A stretch of DNA of 64,000 nt, from positions 27,949 to 91,948 of the forward strand of contig CAYYLD010000002.1 of the NCBI GenBank assembly GCA_964472495.1, given 5' to 3'. Numbering within the stretch: position 1 is the stretch's first letter; each line of letters opens with the position of its first letter. The notes under the pieces were generated by a model that had not been told where the DNA came from, did not search any database, and saw nothing but the letters and a program-made list of their open reading frames with translations. Made by a program: the position numbers and the translations under genes. Positions 27,358-38,300 of the stretch are shown here, in pieces. This stretch comes from an uncultured Candidatus Saccharibacteria bacterium (GTDB lineage: Bacteria; Patescibacteriota; Minisyncoccia; Portnoybacterales; UBA2143).

Positions 27358-28566
27358 TTAACGATTAATTTCCTCCATTAATACTTCCAGGGCCTTGTCC
27401 AGTTGAGGATCGCGCATCTCATTAATATCTTCATCAGTCAGTTTTATCTCAACATCGGGGGTAATCCCCTCTTCGCAAATGCTTAAGCCAGCCGGCGTCA
27501 GCCATTTAGCTACCGTAATCTTGATACTGGAACCATCTTTTAATTTTTCCAACTGCTGAACCGAACCCTTGCCAAAGGTCTTCTGACCAATAATCTTAAT
27601 CTCTTTAATATCTCTTAAGGCGCCGGCTAAAATTTCCGAAGCCGAAGCCGAGCCCTCGTTGACTAAAATAACTGTCGGTAACCCGGCTAAGGCATTATAA
27701 CCTTCGCTCCGATGTTCGTTTCTCTGACTATTGCCAAAGTCCTCGGCAACGACCAGCTCTCCCTTGGGCAAAAACCAGCTGACTATATCAACGGCCACCT
27801 CTAAATAACCGCCTGGATTATTGCGAACATCTAAAATTAATCCTTTGGCCTGGGCGTCTAAAATCTGGTTAACTACTTTCTCAAATTCCTTGGGAGCATT
27901 TTCAGTAAAATGATAAAACTGAATATAGGCTATATTTTCTTCTTTCATTTCCCATTTAATAATGGGGATTTTAATTGTCCCCCGAGTAATCTTTATCTCC
28001 TTGGTCTCATCCCATTCGTCCCGCATGACTAATAAAAATACTTCTGTATTCTTCGGTCCCCTGATTAAATTAACTGCCTCATCAAGAGTCAAATCAGCTG
28101 TCAAAGTGTCATCTATTTTAAGAATTTTATCGCCGGCTCGCAAACCGGCTTCCTGAGCAGGCATTCCTTCTAAAGGAGAAATAATGGTTAAAACTCCTTT
28201 GCGCATACCGATTTCGGCGCCAATCCCTTCAAAACTGCCGCCCATATCATCAATAAATTTCTTGCTTTCGGTCGGTTCCATGAAGACTGAATAAGGGTCA
28301 TCTAGAGATTTAAGCAAGCCAGAAATAGCTCCATAGATCATACCTTGACGGTTTAAATTATCCCGGTCGACATATTTCTCTTCAATAAGATGCCATGCAT
28401 CCCAAAACAAACCAAAATCAACCAACGGTGGTTGGCCCAACTGTTTATTGGTTAACCCCTCTATTTTTTCAATCGAGGGCTGGCTGGACTGACCGACAAA
28501 AAAACCAAGGCCGAAAATAACCGCTAATAAGACAGCTAAAATGGATAAAGAAATGTACTTTTTCAT
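27358..28566 (-). CDS. ctpA: S41 carboxyl-terminal processing protease (PDZ)
   Basis: LDDPYS, GIGAEI, LDVRNNPGG, SASASEILAG and TFGKGSVQ motifs. Confidence 0.93.
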   Translation of the reverse strand: MKKYISLSILAVLLAVIFGLGFFVGQSSQPSIEKIEGLTNKQLGQPPLVDFGLFWDAWHLIEEKYVDRDNLNRQGMIYGAISGLLKSLDDPYSVFMEPTESKKFIDDMGGSFEGIGAEIGMRKGVLTIISPLEGMPAQEAGLRAGDKILKIDDTLTADLTLDEAVNLIRGPKNTEVFLLVMRDEWDETKEIKITRGTIKIPIIKWEMKEENIAYIQFYHFTENAPKEFEKVVNQILDAQAKGLILDVRNNPGGYLEVAVDIVSWFLPKGELVVAEDFGNSQRNEHRSEGYNALAGLPTVILVNEGSASASEILAGALRDIKEIKIIGQKTFGKGSVQQLEKLKDGSSIKITVAKWLTPAGLSICEEGITPDVEIKLTDEDINEMRDPQLDKALEVLMEEINR

Positions 28567-28641
28567 CTTATATTGACAAATTTATCAAATGTTATATAAT
28601 TCGAAATAATAGTTCTTAAAATCAAAAGAGGGAGGTGAAAG

Positions 28642-29088
28642 ATGGCAAAATTAATCAGTAGTAGTTTTCTGGTAACTGTGGTAACTCTGGGAATTTTCTT
28701 CATTAGTTCGGTTTTTACTCGTCAGGCTTTTTGGGTTACTCTTCCGGTCATCATTGTTCTTATCTGGCTCTGCAAATTTCTTAGAGAAAACGTAGACAAA
28801 GATATATTTGAATTGTCGTTAGCGGTGGCCGGTATGGCTTTCCTGGTCGCTTTCGGCATTGTCTTGACTTACTCTTCCTGGCCGGTGATTTCTCCCGACT
28901 ATCTTTCCTATTATTTTTCGGCCTTCGTCGTTTCTTTGCTTCTCTTGCTCTCGTTAATTTACTTTATCAAAATATACTATATTGACGAGCTGGAAGCGTC
29001 TACCGGCCTGGACAAACACGGGATAGAATCGGCTCTATCTATAGAGGGAATTACTATCCTCGTCTGCCTTTTCTATCTTCCCTTCTAG
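28642..29088 (+). CDS. Hypothetical membrane protein (ORFan cassette)
   Basis: TTGACA (28573), 16 nt, TATAAT; SD GGGAGGTGA; about 5 TM segments; oriented opposite to neighbours. Confidence 0.7.
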   Translation: MAKLISSSFLVTVVTLGIFFISSVFTRQAFWVTLPVIIVLIWLCKFLRENVDKDIFELSLAVAGMAFLVAFGIVLTYSSWPVISPDYLSYYFSAFVVSLLLLLSLIYFIKIYYIDELEASTGLDKHGIESALSIEGITILVCLFYLPF

Positions 29089-29111
29089 GGCTCGGCTAAT
29101 CGGGTCTCCTA

Positions 29112-29987
29112 TCAAGGGGTTGTCTTAATCAGATAACCCCTCTTTTTATTCCGAGGATGTCTATTTAAGACGTAAGACGCGGTTTTTAAATCTATCCCCT
29201 TGGAGTGGCGCCATTTCCAAAAGTATTTCAGAGCGCTGATAATGTGCAGGCGGGTATATTTATTGAGCAAAATATCCAAAAAGCCGCCCCATTTCTTACT
29301 GGCTCGATAATAATAATGAGCCATCTGGGCCGTCGGATAACAAACTACCTGATAACCATTCTGCCAAAAACGACGACACCAATCAGTATCTTCTAAATAC
29401 ATAAAAAAACGTTCATCTAATAAACCGACCTTTTCAATCGCCTCTCGCCTGACCAACATAGCTGAACCTTGCAGCCAATTAACCGGTTGAGGGGAAGAAA
29501 AATCTTCTTCTTGGATTAAAAACTGCTTTATTTTTTGCTTACCCCAGTTTAATTTACCTAAGAAAGTCCGTCGGGCAATAATCGCTCCTAAGCTGGGAAA
29601 ACGGAAACAGGAATTTTGGACCTGATTGCTAAAAGTCAATAATTGAGGACCAACTATACCAACATCCGGATGCTGCTCCAAATACTCCCGTAAACGACCA
29701 ATCGATTCTTTAAGAACAATAATGTCAGCGTTGAGAATTAAGATATAATTTCCTTGAGCTGCTTTAATCCCTTCATTAACAATTTTAGCATAACCAATAT
29801 TCTTTGAAAAAGAGATAAATCTGACCGCTGGAAATTTCTCCTTAATTAATTCTTGGGTTTCCGGCTCAGCCCGGCTATCAACAATAATTATTTCATACTT
29901 AAATTGACCGATATTTTCTTCAATCGACTTTAAGCAGAGTTTTAACAAAACCGGTGTCCGATGATGAGTGATAAGGATTGAAAGCAT
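29112..29987 (-). CDS. GT2 glycosyltransferase (WbbL/rhamnosyltransferase-like)
   Basis: ILNADI and GLLDERFFMYLEDTDWCRR motifs. Confidence 0.9.
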   Translation of the reverse strand: MLSILITHHRTPVLLKLCLKSIEENIGQFKYEIIIVDSRAEPETQELIKEKFPAVRFISFSKNIGYAKIVNEGIKAAQGNYILILNADIIVLKESIGRLREYLEQHPDVGIVGPQLLTFSNQVQNSCFRFPSLGAIIARRTFLGKLNWGKQKIKQFLIQEEDFSSPQPVNWLQGSAMLVRREAIEKVGLLDERFFMYLEDTDWCRRFWQNGYQVVCYPTAQMAHYYYRASKKWGGFLDILLNKYTRLHIISALKYFWKWRHSKGIDLKTASYVLNRHPRNKKRGYLIKTTP

Positions 29988-29993
29988 AATTAT

Positions 29994-31040
29994 TTAATCA
30001 AAAATATTCCGGCAGGCGTCTCGGATTTGGCCAAAATTATCGCCGACCGGCAGTAAGATATATTCGTCGTTGATAAAGGTATGATAAAGTAATCCTTCGG
30101 GACTGGTATCAAAAATCCTTCTTTTAATATTTTGGGTATCTAAATTGTCTGCTGATTCAACCAACTCTTTGATATTAGCTAAGCTCATATCTGTCCGGAT
30201 ATTTTCACCTAACGTATCAAGCAATTGATAAACTTTAATCGGATTAATCAAGACGCCCAAAGATAGAGCTTTTTCCTTAATGGCCAAAAGCACTTTTTGC
30301 TGCCGTCGCATCCGGTCGAAATCGTCAGTTGAATAGCGGGAGCGGGCATAGTAAAGAGCCGTTTGGCCGTCTAAAACATTTTGCCCGGCTGGCAGATGAA
30401 AAACCCACCTTTCTTCGCCGTCTATTTCTTTAATCAACCAATGTTCACCTTCTTCCTGGCCTTCTTTAGCCCATTGAAAATCCTCTTCAAAAGGCTCTTC
30501 CAAATAAATAGTGATACCGCCCAAGGCGTCAATCGCCCCCGTTAATCCTTCGAAATTAGCGCTGACCGTATAATCAATGTAAAGGCCAGTCAAAGAAGCG
30601 ATTGTCTTCTTAGCGCAATCCAAGCCGCCGTGGGCATAGGCGAAATTAATTTTCTTATCTTCACCTGAACACCAAATCTTATAGTAAATATCACGGGGCA
30701 AAGAAATCAAGGCGATTTGGCCGGTTTTTTTGTTGATACTAACCAGGATTATTGCGTCAGAAAGCAATTTTCCCTCGCCGGGGTCTTCTAATCCCCTCAT
30801 CCCCAAAAGCAGGACATTGATTCTATCGGGATCCTTTTTGGGTAATTGGGAAGAATCATCGCCACCAAAAGGCAAAACTCGAGCTGTCCAACCGAACATT
30901 TGTCTGAAATCTATCATCTGGCTGATAGTGAAGCTGGTCTTAAAAAAGAAAAAACCCAAAAAAGCAACAATCGGAAACAGGCACAGCCACAGCCAAACCC
31001 GTTTTCTTCTTTTTGGTTGATTTTGAAATTGATTCTCCAT
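29994..31040 (-). CDS. LCP (LytR-CpsA-Psr) family glycopolymer transferase
   Basis: TM helix, NVLLLG, LISLPRD, KINFAY and YARSRYSTDDFDRMRRQQ motifs. Confidence 0.93.
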   Translation of the reverse strand: MENQFQNQPKRRKRVWLWLCLFPIVAFLGFFFFKTSFTISQMIDFRQMFGWTARVLPFGGDDSSQLPKKDPDRINVLLLGMRGLEDPGEGKLLSDAIILVSINKKTGQIALISLPRDIYYKIWCSGEDKKINFAYAHGGLDCAKKTIASLTGLYIDYTVSANFEGLTGAIDALGGITIYLEEPFEEDFQWAKEGQEEGEHWLIKEIDGEERWVFHLPAGQNVLDGQTALYYARSRYSTDDFDRMRRQQKVLLAIKEKALSLGVLINPIKVYQLLDTLGENIRTDMSLANIKELVESADNLDTQNIKRRIFDTSPEGLLYHTFINDEYILLPVGDNFGQIRDACRNIFD

Positions 31041-31050
31041 ATTTGAGAAA

Positions 31051-32112
31051 TTATTTAAACCACCTTTCCATCTGCCTGGCTTTTAATTTCTTATTGGCCA
31101 TAATTATTTTCCTCTTTTGCCAGGCTGCGGGCATCTGCTTAAACAAATCCCTAATTGCCCGCCAGGTATATCTTTCCAAAAGAAGAACGTAAAACCAGGA
31201 AGCGATTTCTTTAGGCAAAAACCAAGGCAAATGTTTCAGTAAAAGGCCGATTTGTTCGTTCTTAATCTGCATCAGCCGCTGATTTTTAAAAGCCAGATAT
31301 TTAGAAAATTTATTAATTTTTAATCTTTCCCGGATAATGCTGAAATAGTTCGAAGCGGCGCTCTCGCCGGAAGTGCGCGCATGCCAAGCCAGACAGGCCG
31401 GCTGATAAATACTCTTCCAGCCAGCCAAACGCAAGCGCCAAGCCAAATCAACGTCTTCTTTATAGCAAAAAAAATCTTCATCAAAATACTCGTCATTTCC
31501 CTCGACCCGACTGGAGACAAAAATTCTAATATCTTCTAAGGCCTGACGTCGATAAACCGGTGCCGCTCCATCGGCTCCAAAAATCTCTTCTTTTTTCTCA
31601 AATTGACCTTGTTCAATTTCTCCCTGTCCCCGATTGACAATCCGTCTGTTTTTTAAAACAACCAAACCGGTTGTATCAACGATATAAGATATTTGATAAT
31701 CGGTTGGTCGACCCAAAGACAAATTGCCGATATTCCAGCGCAATAATTTTCCCTGAAGAGCGCTTGTCTTGCTGTCTTTGAGCAGCTCTTGAACAGCCCT
31801 CTGAATAAAATCTCTATCCAGAACAACGTCCTGATTAAGACAACAAACAAAATCTCCCCGACTTTCCCTGATCCCTTGATTGTGACCAGCCGCAAAGCCG
31901 AGATTCTTTTGATTAAAAATAATCCTTAGATTAGGCCGGTCCTTTAAACTTTTTAAATAATCAATTGTTCCGTCAGCGGACTGATTGTCAATAATTAAAA
32001 CTTCCAGCCGAGGATAACTCTGCTTAAAAACCGAAGCCAAACAACTTTCCAGATACGGCCGGGCGTTATGAGTAAGTAGATTTATAGAAACCAAAGGATG
32101 ATTTTGCTCCAT
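31051..32112 (-). CDS. GT2 glycosyltransferase
   Basis: DNQSADGT, NLGFAAGHN and FDEDFFCYKEDVDLAWR motifs. Confidence 0.9.
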   Translation of the reverse strand: MEQNHPLVSINLLTHNARPYLESCLASVFKQSYPRLEVLIIDNQSADGTIDYLKSLKDRPNLRIIFNQKNLGFAAGHNQGIRESRGDFVCCLNQDVVLDRDFIQRAVQELLKDSKTSALQGKLLRWNIGNLSLGRPTDYQISYIVDTTGLVVLKNRRIVNRGQGEIEQGQFEKKEEIFGADGAAPVYRRQALEDIRIFVSSRVEGNDEYFDEDFFCYKEDVDLAWRLRLAGWKSIYQPACLAWHARTSGESAASNYFSIIRERLKINKFSKYLAFKNQRLMQIKNEQIGLLLKHLPWFLPKEIASWFYVLLLERYTWRAIRDLFKQMPAAWQKRKIIMANKKLKARQMERWFK

Positions 32113-33676
32113 ATAATACAGCTAAATTAACTACAAAAAACAAAAAAACCTTATCATTAAGGAGAACCACATCAAATAAACTATAACCGAAAACCCAAAT
32201 TAAGGCAAGTAGAAAAAAGCCGGCCCAGACGCGGAAAAAAGGCTTTTTATGACGACTGAAAACCTGCCAAGTATCTTTCAAAATATAGCCAAAAATAGTT
32301 AATAAAATGAGCAAACCAAAGATACCTGCTTCAGCGGCCATATCTAAATATAAGCTATGAGCGGAAGCGCCTTTTTTGGCTGTTGACAAAGGCTCATTAA
32401 GGACTAAGGGATAATTACCTATGCCCACTCCCAGAAGAGGATGAATGATAATTGAATCTGCTGTCCTCCGCCAAATTTCCAAGCGGCTCTTAACCGATAG
32501 TTCGGATAAATCAATAATACTTCTGGCTCTCTCAAAAAAAGAAACCCCGGAAATCGCTTCCTGGCCTAACTGAATATATTGAGGTAAGAAAAGAATAGCT
32601 GAAGCAGTCGGGAATAAAATAAAAAATATAATTAGAGTCCCTAAAATGAGTTGAATTTCTTGCGACCATTTTTTGGCATATTTGGGCTTCAAAAATTTCG
32701 TCCAGGCCCGAATGCTCGGTGACCAATAGAACAAAATAATCAATAAAAATACCAGACAGGAAATCAGAGCGCTGACCCAGGCGCCTCTGGAGCCGGAAAA
32801 AATAATAGCCAATAAACAAACAATCAGAAAAAGATAATAGAAAACGGCCTTTTCTCTACTGCCTTTTGGCCGGAAAAAGATTGTCGTCAGGAAGCAAGGC
32901 AGGGCCAAGACACAAAAAAAAGCAAAAGAATGAGAATCAGGAAAGACAGAAAACATTCGTAAAGTGGGCAGCTGATAGGAATAATAGGAAAACCAGGTAT
33001 TGCTGTAAGACAAAAGGACGCTCAAACCCTGACCATAAAAGACATTGATGAAGTATTTATCCCAAAGATACCAAAACTGGTTGAGATTAATAAAAAAGAC
33101 CATAGCCAACTGGAAAAAACCAATTCCCAGAGTCAAACCGATAGCTACTCTAATAGCGCTAAAAATCTTAAAAATAACCTCTTTGTTCCGGGCAATTAAA
33201 TTTCTGATAATTATATAAAGCAGAAAAACGTTAATCAGAAAGAGCAGCTTTTTGATTCCCAGCCAGATGTCTTCGGCTACCAAAAGCGAAAGGGCGCTGA
33301 TAAACAGAAAGAGAGCTGCCAGATATTCCATCGGATAATGTTTAAATTTTTCCTTTAGTTTCCAGCGGCCTGCCTTTTTGACTAAATTAACCGAGAGACC
33401 TTCCTTGAAAAATAAAACCAAAAACAGAATAGTCAATAAAATCCGCCAGTTAGCCATTGAGTCAAAGTTTTCACTAATCGGTAAAGCGATAAACAAAGGA
33501 ATAGAGGCGATAAAGACCCAGAGAGAATCTTCCAGGGGGCTGAAAAGAAAGTAAAAAATTAAAAGGCCGGTCAGGAACAAACTGGCCTCCCGGGGAAGCC
33601 AATTGAAGACCATTAAAAAAAGAGCCGCCACTTCGGTTAAGAGAATAGCTATATTTTTCGCTTTTGAGCTGTCCAT
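32066..33676 (-). CDS. O-antigen ligase/Wzy_C family membrane protein
   Basis: Many TM segments; FSGSRGAW, RLEIW, PLLGVGIGNY and AHSLYL..AAEAG motifs. Confidence 0.88.
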   Translation of the reverse strand: MDSSKAKNIAILLTEVAALFLMVFNWLPREASLFLTGLLIFYFLFSPLEDSLWVFIASIPLFIALPISENFDSMANWRILLTILFLVLFFKEGLSVNLVKKAGRWKLKEKFKHYPMEYLAALFLFISALSLLVAEDIWLGIKKLLFLINVFLLYIIIRNLIARNKEVIFKIFSAIRVAIGLTLGIGFFQLAMVFFINLNQFWYLWDKYFINVFYGQGLSVLLSYSNTWFSYYSYQLPTLRMFSVFPDSHSFAFFCVLALPCFLTTIFFRPKGSREKAVFYYLFLIVCLLAIIFSGSRGAWVSALISCLVFLLIILFYWSPSIRAWTKFLKPKYAKKWSQEIQLILGTLIIFFILFPTASAILFLPQYIQLGQEAISGVSFFERARSIIDLSELSVKSRLEIWRRTADSIIIHPLLGVGIGNYPLVLNEPLSTAKKGASAHSLYLDMAAEAGIFGLLILLTIFGYILKDTWQVFSRHKKPFFRVWAGFFLLALIWVFGYSLFDVVLLNDKVFLFFVVNLAVLYGAKSSFGFYKSTYS

Positions 33677-33726
33677 TATTAAAGTTTATCTTTTGGTTGC
33701 CCTAAACATTCCTCAAAGTCGCACCA

Positions 33727-33891
33727 GAGGCCACCCTAACCATTTTGAAAGGCCTAGATGACAAAAGCAACAGCCGAACTTGGAAAAGTAAAAAGTAAAG
33801 CTTTTGTCATCTCGGAGCAGAGGTTCAATTTAATCAGGAATACCAGTTAATTCTGGCCGCTGCGTCCTTGAAAAATGGTTAGGGTGGCCTC
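33727..33891. ncRNA. Structured three-way-junction element, copy 3 (divergent, covarying)
   Basis: Stems gaggccaccctaaccatttt/aaaatggttagggtggcctc, agatgacaaaagc/gcttttgtcatct and gcagaggt/gccgctgc. Confidence 0.6.
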
Positions 33892-33898
33892 CGGAGAC

Positions 33899-35296
33899 TT
33901 AATATCCTTTCAGTTTCTTAGAGCCCTTATGCTGGCGCATTCTTTCCAGGGCCTTGGCCTCAATTTGGCGAATGCGCTCCCGGGTTACCCCGAACTCCTG
34001 ACCAACCTCCTCTAAAGTGTGAGTAATGCCGTCCTTCAAACCGAAACGCATTTCCAAAATCTTCTGTTCACGCGGCGATAAATCAACCAAGATTTCCTTT
34101 AAGCGGCTGCGCAATAGTTTGCGAGCGGCCACTTGAGCTGGCGAAATTGTCTTTTTGTCTTCAATAAATTCACCCAAACTGCTTTCTTCGTCCTCATCGC
34201 CGACCGGCGCTTCCAGAGAAAGGGTTTCCTGGGAAATTTTCATAATTTGCCTGATTTTATCCACTGTCTCGCCCATCTCGGCAGCTACTTCCTCGGGCAG
34301 GGGCTCGCGACCTAAGTCCTGCAGAAGCCGCCGTTTAATTTGAGTATATTTACTAATCGTTTCAACCATATGAACCGGAATACGGATAGTTCTCGCTTGG
34401 TCAGCCAAAGCTCGGGTAATCGCCTGGCGAATCCACCAGGTCGCATAAGTAGAAAATTTATAACCCCGGTGATAATCAAATTTCTCTACGGCCTTAAAAA
34501 GACCAATATTGCCTTCCTGAATCAAATCTAAAAGAGTCAGATTGCGACTACGACCAACGTATCTCTTGGCAATACTAACGACCAAGCGCAAATTGGCTTG
34601 GGTCAGTTTTTGTCTAGCTTCTTCGTCCCCTTTCTCAATCTGTTTAGCTAATTTAACCTCTTCTTGGGCAGTCAGCAAAGAGATTTTTCCGATTTCCCTT
34701 AAGTACATCTGGACATTATCAAAGGTTTCTAATTTGAAAGAAGTTTTTTCTTTCAGAACAGCTTTTTTCTCTTTTCTGGTTGAAGGTGCTTCTAAAAACT
34801 CAACCGATTCAATTATTCGGATATTATTGTCCTTGAGGCGCTGACAAACTTCTTCCAAGCCGACAATATCTTCCTCAATCCGGGGCACTAATTTAATAAT
34901 TTCGGACTCGGTAACAAACCCGCGTTCCCGCCCCCGGTTAACTAGCTCCTGAATTTTGTCTTCGGTGATTAATACCTTTCTTCTGGCTTTTCTCGCTTGA
35001 CTAATCTTTTTCTTTGGCCGACGAACAATTTTCCTCTGACTGCTGACTTTTCTTTTTTTGGCCGGTCGGCTAATTCGTTTCTTAAGCCGACTGGCTGCTT
35101 TTTGCCTAATTGGTTTTTTAACTTTTCTTGCTTTTCGACTGGCTGTTTTTTCGGTTTTTCGATGAGCAGCCGGCTTTTTCTCGATTCGGCGAGACGCTTT
35201 TCTGACTTTCCTCTTGGGAGTTATTTTTTTGCTCGAGGGACGATGCCGGCCGGCAGACCGTAATCTTCTACCCCGAACGACTTTCTTTTTTACCAT
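33899..35296 (-). CDS. rpoD: Primary sigma factor RpoD with a long basic N-terminal extension
   Basis: [28 protein letters not shown] and [18 protein letters not shown] motifs; downstream of dnaG. Confidence 0.97.
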   Translation of the reverse strand: MVKKKVVRGRRLRSAGRHRPSSKKITPKRKVRKASRRIEKKPAAHRKTEKTASRKARKVKKPIRQKAASRLKKRISRPAKKRKVSSQRKIVRRPKKKISQARKARRKVLITEDKIQELVNRGRERGFVTESEIIKLVPRIEEDIVGLEEVCQRLKDNNIRIIESVEFLEAPSTRKEKKAVLKEKTSFKLETFDNVQMYLREIGKISLLTAQEEVKLAKQIEKGDEEARQKLTQANLRLVVSIAKRYVGRSRNLTLLDLIQEGNIGLFKAVEKFDYHRGYKFSTYATWWIRQAITRALADQARTIRIPVHMVETISKYTQIKRRLLQDLGREPLPEEVAAEMGETVDKIRQIMKISQETLSLEAPVGDEDEESSLGEFIEDKKTISPAQVAARKLLRSRLKEILVDLSPREQKILEMRFGLKDGITHTLEEVGQEFGVTRERIRQIEAKALERMRQHKGSKKLKGY

Positions 35297-35298
35297 AG

Positions 35299-37095
35299 TT
35301 AACTTTTAGATTTAGTTAGTTTATTGAATTCCTCGGTTAATTTCTTAAGGGTTTCCCTGTCTTTTTTTTCTTCGGCTTCCCGAATAGAAAGGTTAAGCTG
35401 ATCTAATTTCTGATGCCAGTGACGATTCTTTAACTGGTCAAAACAAAATCTAATTTCCTTAGTCGATTCAAATTCATCGGCCGATTTATCCAGCAAACTG
35501 CAACGGGCCTCCGCTTTAAAAACAAGTTCGTCTAACTGGCTGGCTAAATCGGTTGATAGATCTTGACGAAAGTTGGCCAACTTGATTCTTTTATCCGGGC
35601 ATTTCTTCAGATTCTTAAATATTTCGGCCAAGTTGGCATTAGCGAATAAATAAGCCGGCTGGCGCTTAAACCGTTTAAATTTTTTCAGATTGATTAAAAG
35701 CAGCCCCAAAAGATATTCTTCCAGGTCAATTTTACCATCAGTCGGGCGAGCCAACTCAACCGGATTGCTTTCTTCTTCTTCTATTGAAGGCATAATTTCT
35801 TCCATCAGGGGAATTTCTATCTTTTCCATTTCAGCCGCTAAGTCTTTTTCTTGAACTCTTAAATGTTTGGCTAATTCCTGAAGCCAATGGGACTGCTCAA
35901 TCTTATGAGGAATCTTTTTTATCAAAGGCAAAATAATTTTAGCTATTTCTTTCTTTCCTTCAAGCGTCTGACAATCGTATTGAGCTAAAACGTTTTCTAA
36001 ATAAAATTCAATCAGGCTGCGGGCTTGTTTGATTAACTGGCCCCAGTCAGAATTATTTTTTTGAAGGCAATCAGCCGGGTCCTGGCCGGCCGGCAGACTA
36101 ATCACCTTGGTATTAAAACCAAGCTGGATAGCTAAATCAATTCCCCTTTTGGTGGCTGTCTGACCGGCCGAATCCATATCAAAAGCCGTAGCCAGATTCT
36201 CGGTATAGCGTTTAATAATTCCTAATTGTTTTTCGGTCAGCGCCGTTCCCGAAGAAGCGACAGCATTGCTAAAACCGGCCTGATGTAAGGCAATGACATC
36301 AGTTTGTCCCTCAACCAAAACACAGAGATTCTCTTTACGAATAGCTAATTTAGCTTTATCTAAACCGTATAAAAAGCGACTTTTGTCATAGATGGGAGTA
36401 TTGGGCGTATTAATATATTTACCCATTCGTTGATTAGGCCGCTGTGGATTTTCCCGTCCGCTAAAACCGATAACCATTCCGTTCAAATCGCGGATGGGAA
36501 AGATAATTCGGTCGCGGAAACGGTCATAATATTCATTCTTCTTTTCGCTCTTAACAGCTAAGCCGGCTTTATCAATCTCTTCTTCCGGATAACCCCGCCC
36601 CTTCAAAAAATCTAACAAACCGCGCCAGCTGTCAGGCGCATAACCAATCTGCCAATCCTTAATCGCTCTTGGCTTTAAACCCCGACTGTTTAAATAACCT
36701 TGCATCCGTTTACCGGTCCGGCTGCCTTCTAATTGTCTGATAAAAAATTGATTAGTCAAACTGCAAATTTCATAAAGACGGGTTCTTTCGGTCTTCAGCT
36801 TGGGGTCTATTTTTTTTAATTCCACCCCGGCCCGCTGAGCCAACATCCGCAAAGCGTCGCCGAACTCAACCCCTTCTATCTCCATAACAAAATCAAAAAG
36901 AGAACCGCCTTTATTACAGCCGAAACAATGCCACATCTGTTTCTCCGGCGAAACGAAAAAAGAGGGCGCTTTTTCAGAATGGAAAGGACAAAGAGCCCGA
37001 TAATTGCGCCCGGCTTTTTGGAGACGGATATAGCTACCGATTACCTCAACGATGTCCAGCCTATTTTTAATTTCGTCAACGGGTGAACTAATCAT
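35299..37095 (-). CDS. dnaG: DNA primase
   Basis: [11 protein letters not shown] zinc finger, [23 protein letters not shown] and FDMDSAG TOPRIM motifs; start revised. Confidence 0.97.
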   Translation of the reverse strand: MISSPVDEIKNRLDIVEVIGSYIRLQKAGRNYRALCPFHSEKAPSFFVSPEKQMWHCFGCNKGGSLFDFVMEIEGVEFGDALRMLAQRAGVELKKIDPKLKTERTRLYEICSLTNQFFIRQLEGSRTGKRMQGYLNSRGLKPRAIKDWQIGYAPDSWRGLLDFLKGRGYPEEEIDKAGLAVKSEKKNEYYDRFRDRIIFPIRDLNGMVIGFSGRENPQRPNQRMGKYINTPNTPIYDKSRFLYGLDKAKLAIRKENLCVLVEGQTDVIALHQAGFSNAVASSGTALTEKQLGIIKRYTENLATAFDMDSAGQTATKRGIDLAIQLGFNTKVISLPAGQDPADCLQKNNSDWGQLIKQARSLIEFYLENVLAQYDCQTLEGKKEIAKIILPLIKKIPHKIEQSHWLQELAKHLRVQEKDLAAEMEKIEIPLMEEIMPSIEEEESNPVELARPTDGKIDLEEYLLGLLLINLKKFKRFKRQPAYLFANANLAEIFKNLKKCPDKRIKLANFRQDLSTDLASQLDELVFKAEARCSLLDKSADEFESTKEIRFCFDQLKNRHWHQKLDQLNLSIREAEEKKDRETLKKLTEEFNKLTKSKS

Positions 37096-37717
37096 ATCTT
37101 TGTAATAACAACTCAAAATTATTATACAATCTTTCAATAAATTGGTTAATTTTTTGATTACCTCCAATCTGCTTCAATAGATTGTTTGTTTCTCTAATAG
37201 CCTCCTCGGTAAACCCTAATTCCATCATTAGTTTAGTCCTGATTCCATTATTGGGTTTTTGGGAAAAATAATCCTGTAAGATTTGATGCCATTTTCGAAT
37301 AGCCTGTCCTGAAATATCAAAAGCTAATTCTTCTGGCAAAACGTTATCTAAAAAACCAATAATTTCGTCCCAATTATCCATCTTATTATAAAATAGTTCA
37401 TCTTCTAAAAAACTAATCGGATAATGTCCCGGTTGATTAGATCGAGGTAACAAAGAATAAATATCTTCAGCCTGAGTAAACTCTTCAACAATTATATCTA
37501 CTAAAGAATGAAATTTAAAACCAGCCTCAAATGAATTCTTGTCTTTTAGTTGATTAAGTTTGACCTCTGGAAAATGGGTTTTCTCTCGTTTAATAATTTT
37601 TAGATATCTAATATCAGGAAAACTTGTCCCAATGAAAAAATCCTTTTTATTCTTATCTTTAAAATATTTATTAAAAACCTTATCGGTCAAAGCTATATGG
37701 GTAATCGGACCTGGCAT
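37088..37717 (-). CDS. Hypothetical protein, zinc-dependent phospholipase C/hydrolase-like
   Basis: MPGPITH, GTSFPD, TH and GFKFHSLVD metal-ligand pattern. Confidence 0.6.
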   Translation of the reverse strand: MPGPITHIALTDKVFNKYFKDKNKKDFFIGTSFPDIRYLKIIKREKTHFPEVKLNQLKDKNSFEAGFKFHSLVDIIVEEFTQAEDIYSLLPRSNQPGHYPISFLEDELFYNKMDNWDEIIGFLDNVLPEELAFDISGQAIRKWHQILQDYFSQKPNNGIRTKLMMELGFTEEAIRETNNLLKQIGGNQKINQFIERLYNNFELLLQRYD

Positions 37718-37735
37718 ACTATATCTAATTATTGC

Positions 37736-38251
37736 TTAATATTTATATTGCACCTTATTTTCATCTTTACCCTGAAGTATTTTATCAACCATGGCTATTT
37801 CTTCCAAAATTCCGCCAATCAAATCGTATTTCTTAGCTTCCGGATAAGTAACCCAGGCATAATCAATATCATCCTCATCTAATTTTATCCGACCGGACTT
37901 ATAAGGGCAATAAAAACTTAGAATAATTACCGGTTGGCCATCCGACCTGATAAAAGTGATATCCAACAAATATTTTACCCTGCCTACTTCTAAATTACAT
38001 TCTTCTCTGATTTCCCGTCTTAAAGAATTACCGATGGCAAAATACCAATGGTCTTTAGTTGTTTTAGGAGTATTGATATAGTCATCGGTTTCCAGTCCGC
38101 CGCCGGGCACTGTCCATTTACCCGGAAAGGCCTTTTTTTTCAAGCTGCGCCGCAGGAGTAAATAAGTTTGCCGGCCGCCTTTCTGCCTAGCTGGCCGATA
38201 AATAATCGCTGTGGAAGTAATTCGATGTAATTCTTTGTCTTTAATTTTCAT
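37736..38251 (-). CDS. NUDIX hydrolase
   Basis: PGKWTVPGGGLE...LRREIREECNL. Confidence 0.88.
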   Translation of the reverse strand: MKIKDKELHRITSTAIIYRPARQKGGRQTYLLLRRSLKKKAFPGKWTVPGGGLETDDYINTPKTTKDHWYFAIGNSLRREIREECNLEVGRVKYLLDITFIRSDGQPVIILSFYCPYKSGRIKLDEDDIDYAWVTYPEAKKYDLIGGILEEIAMVDKILQGKDENKVQYKY

Positions 38252-38300
38252 ATTTTATCCAGCACCTTATCTAAAACAAAAACCAGCCAGCCAATTTTTT

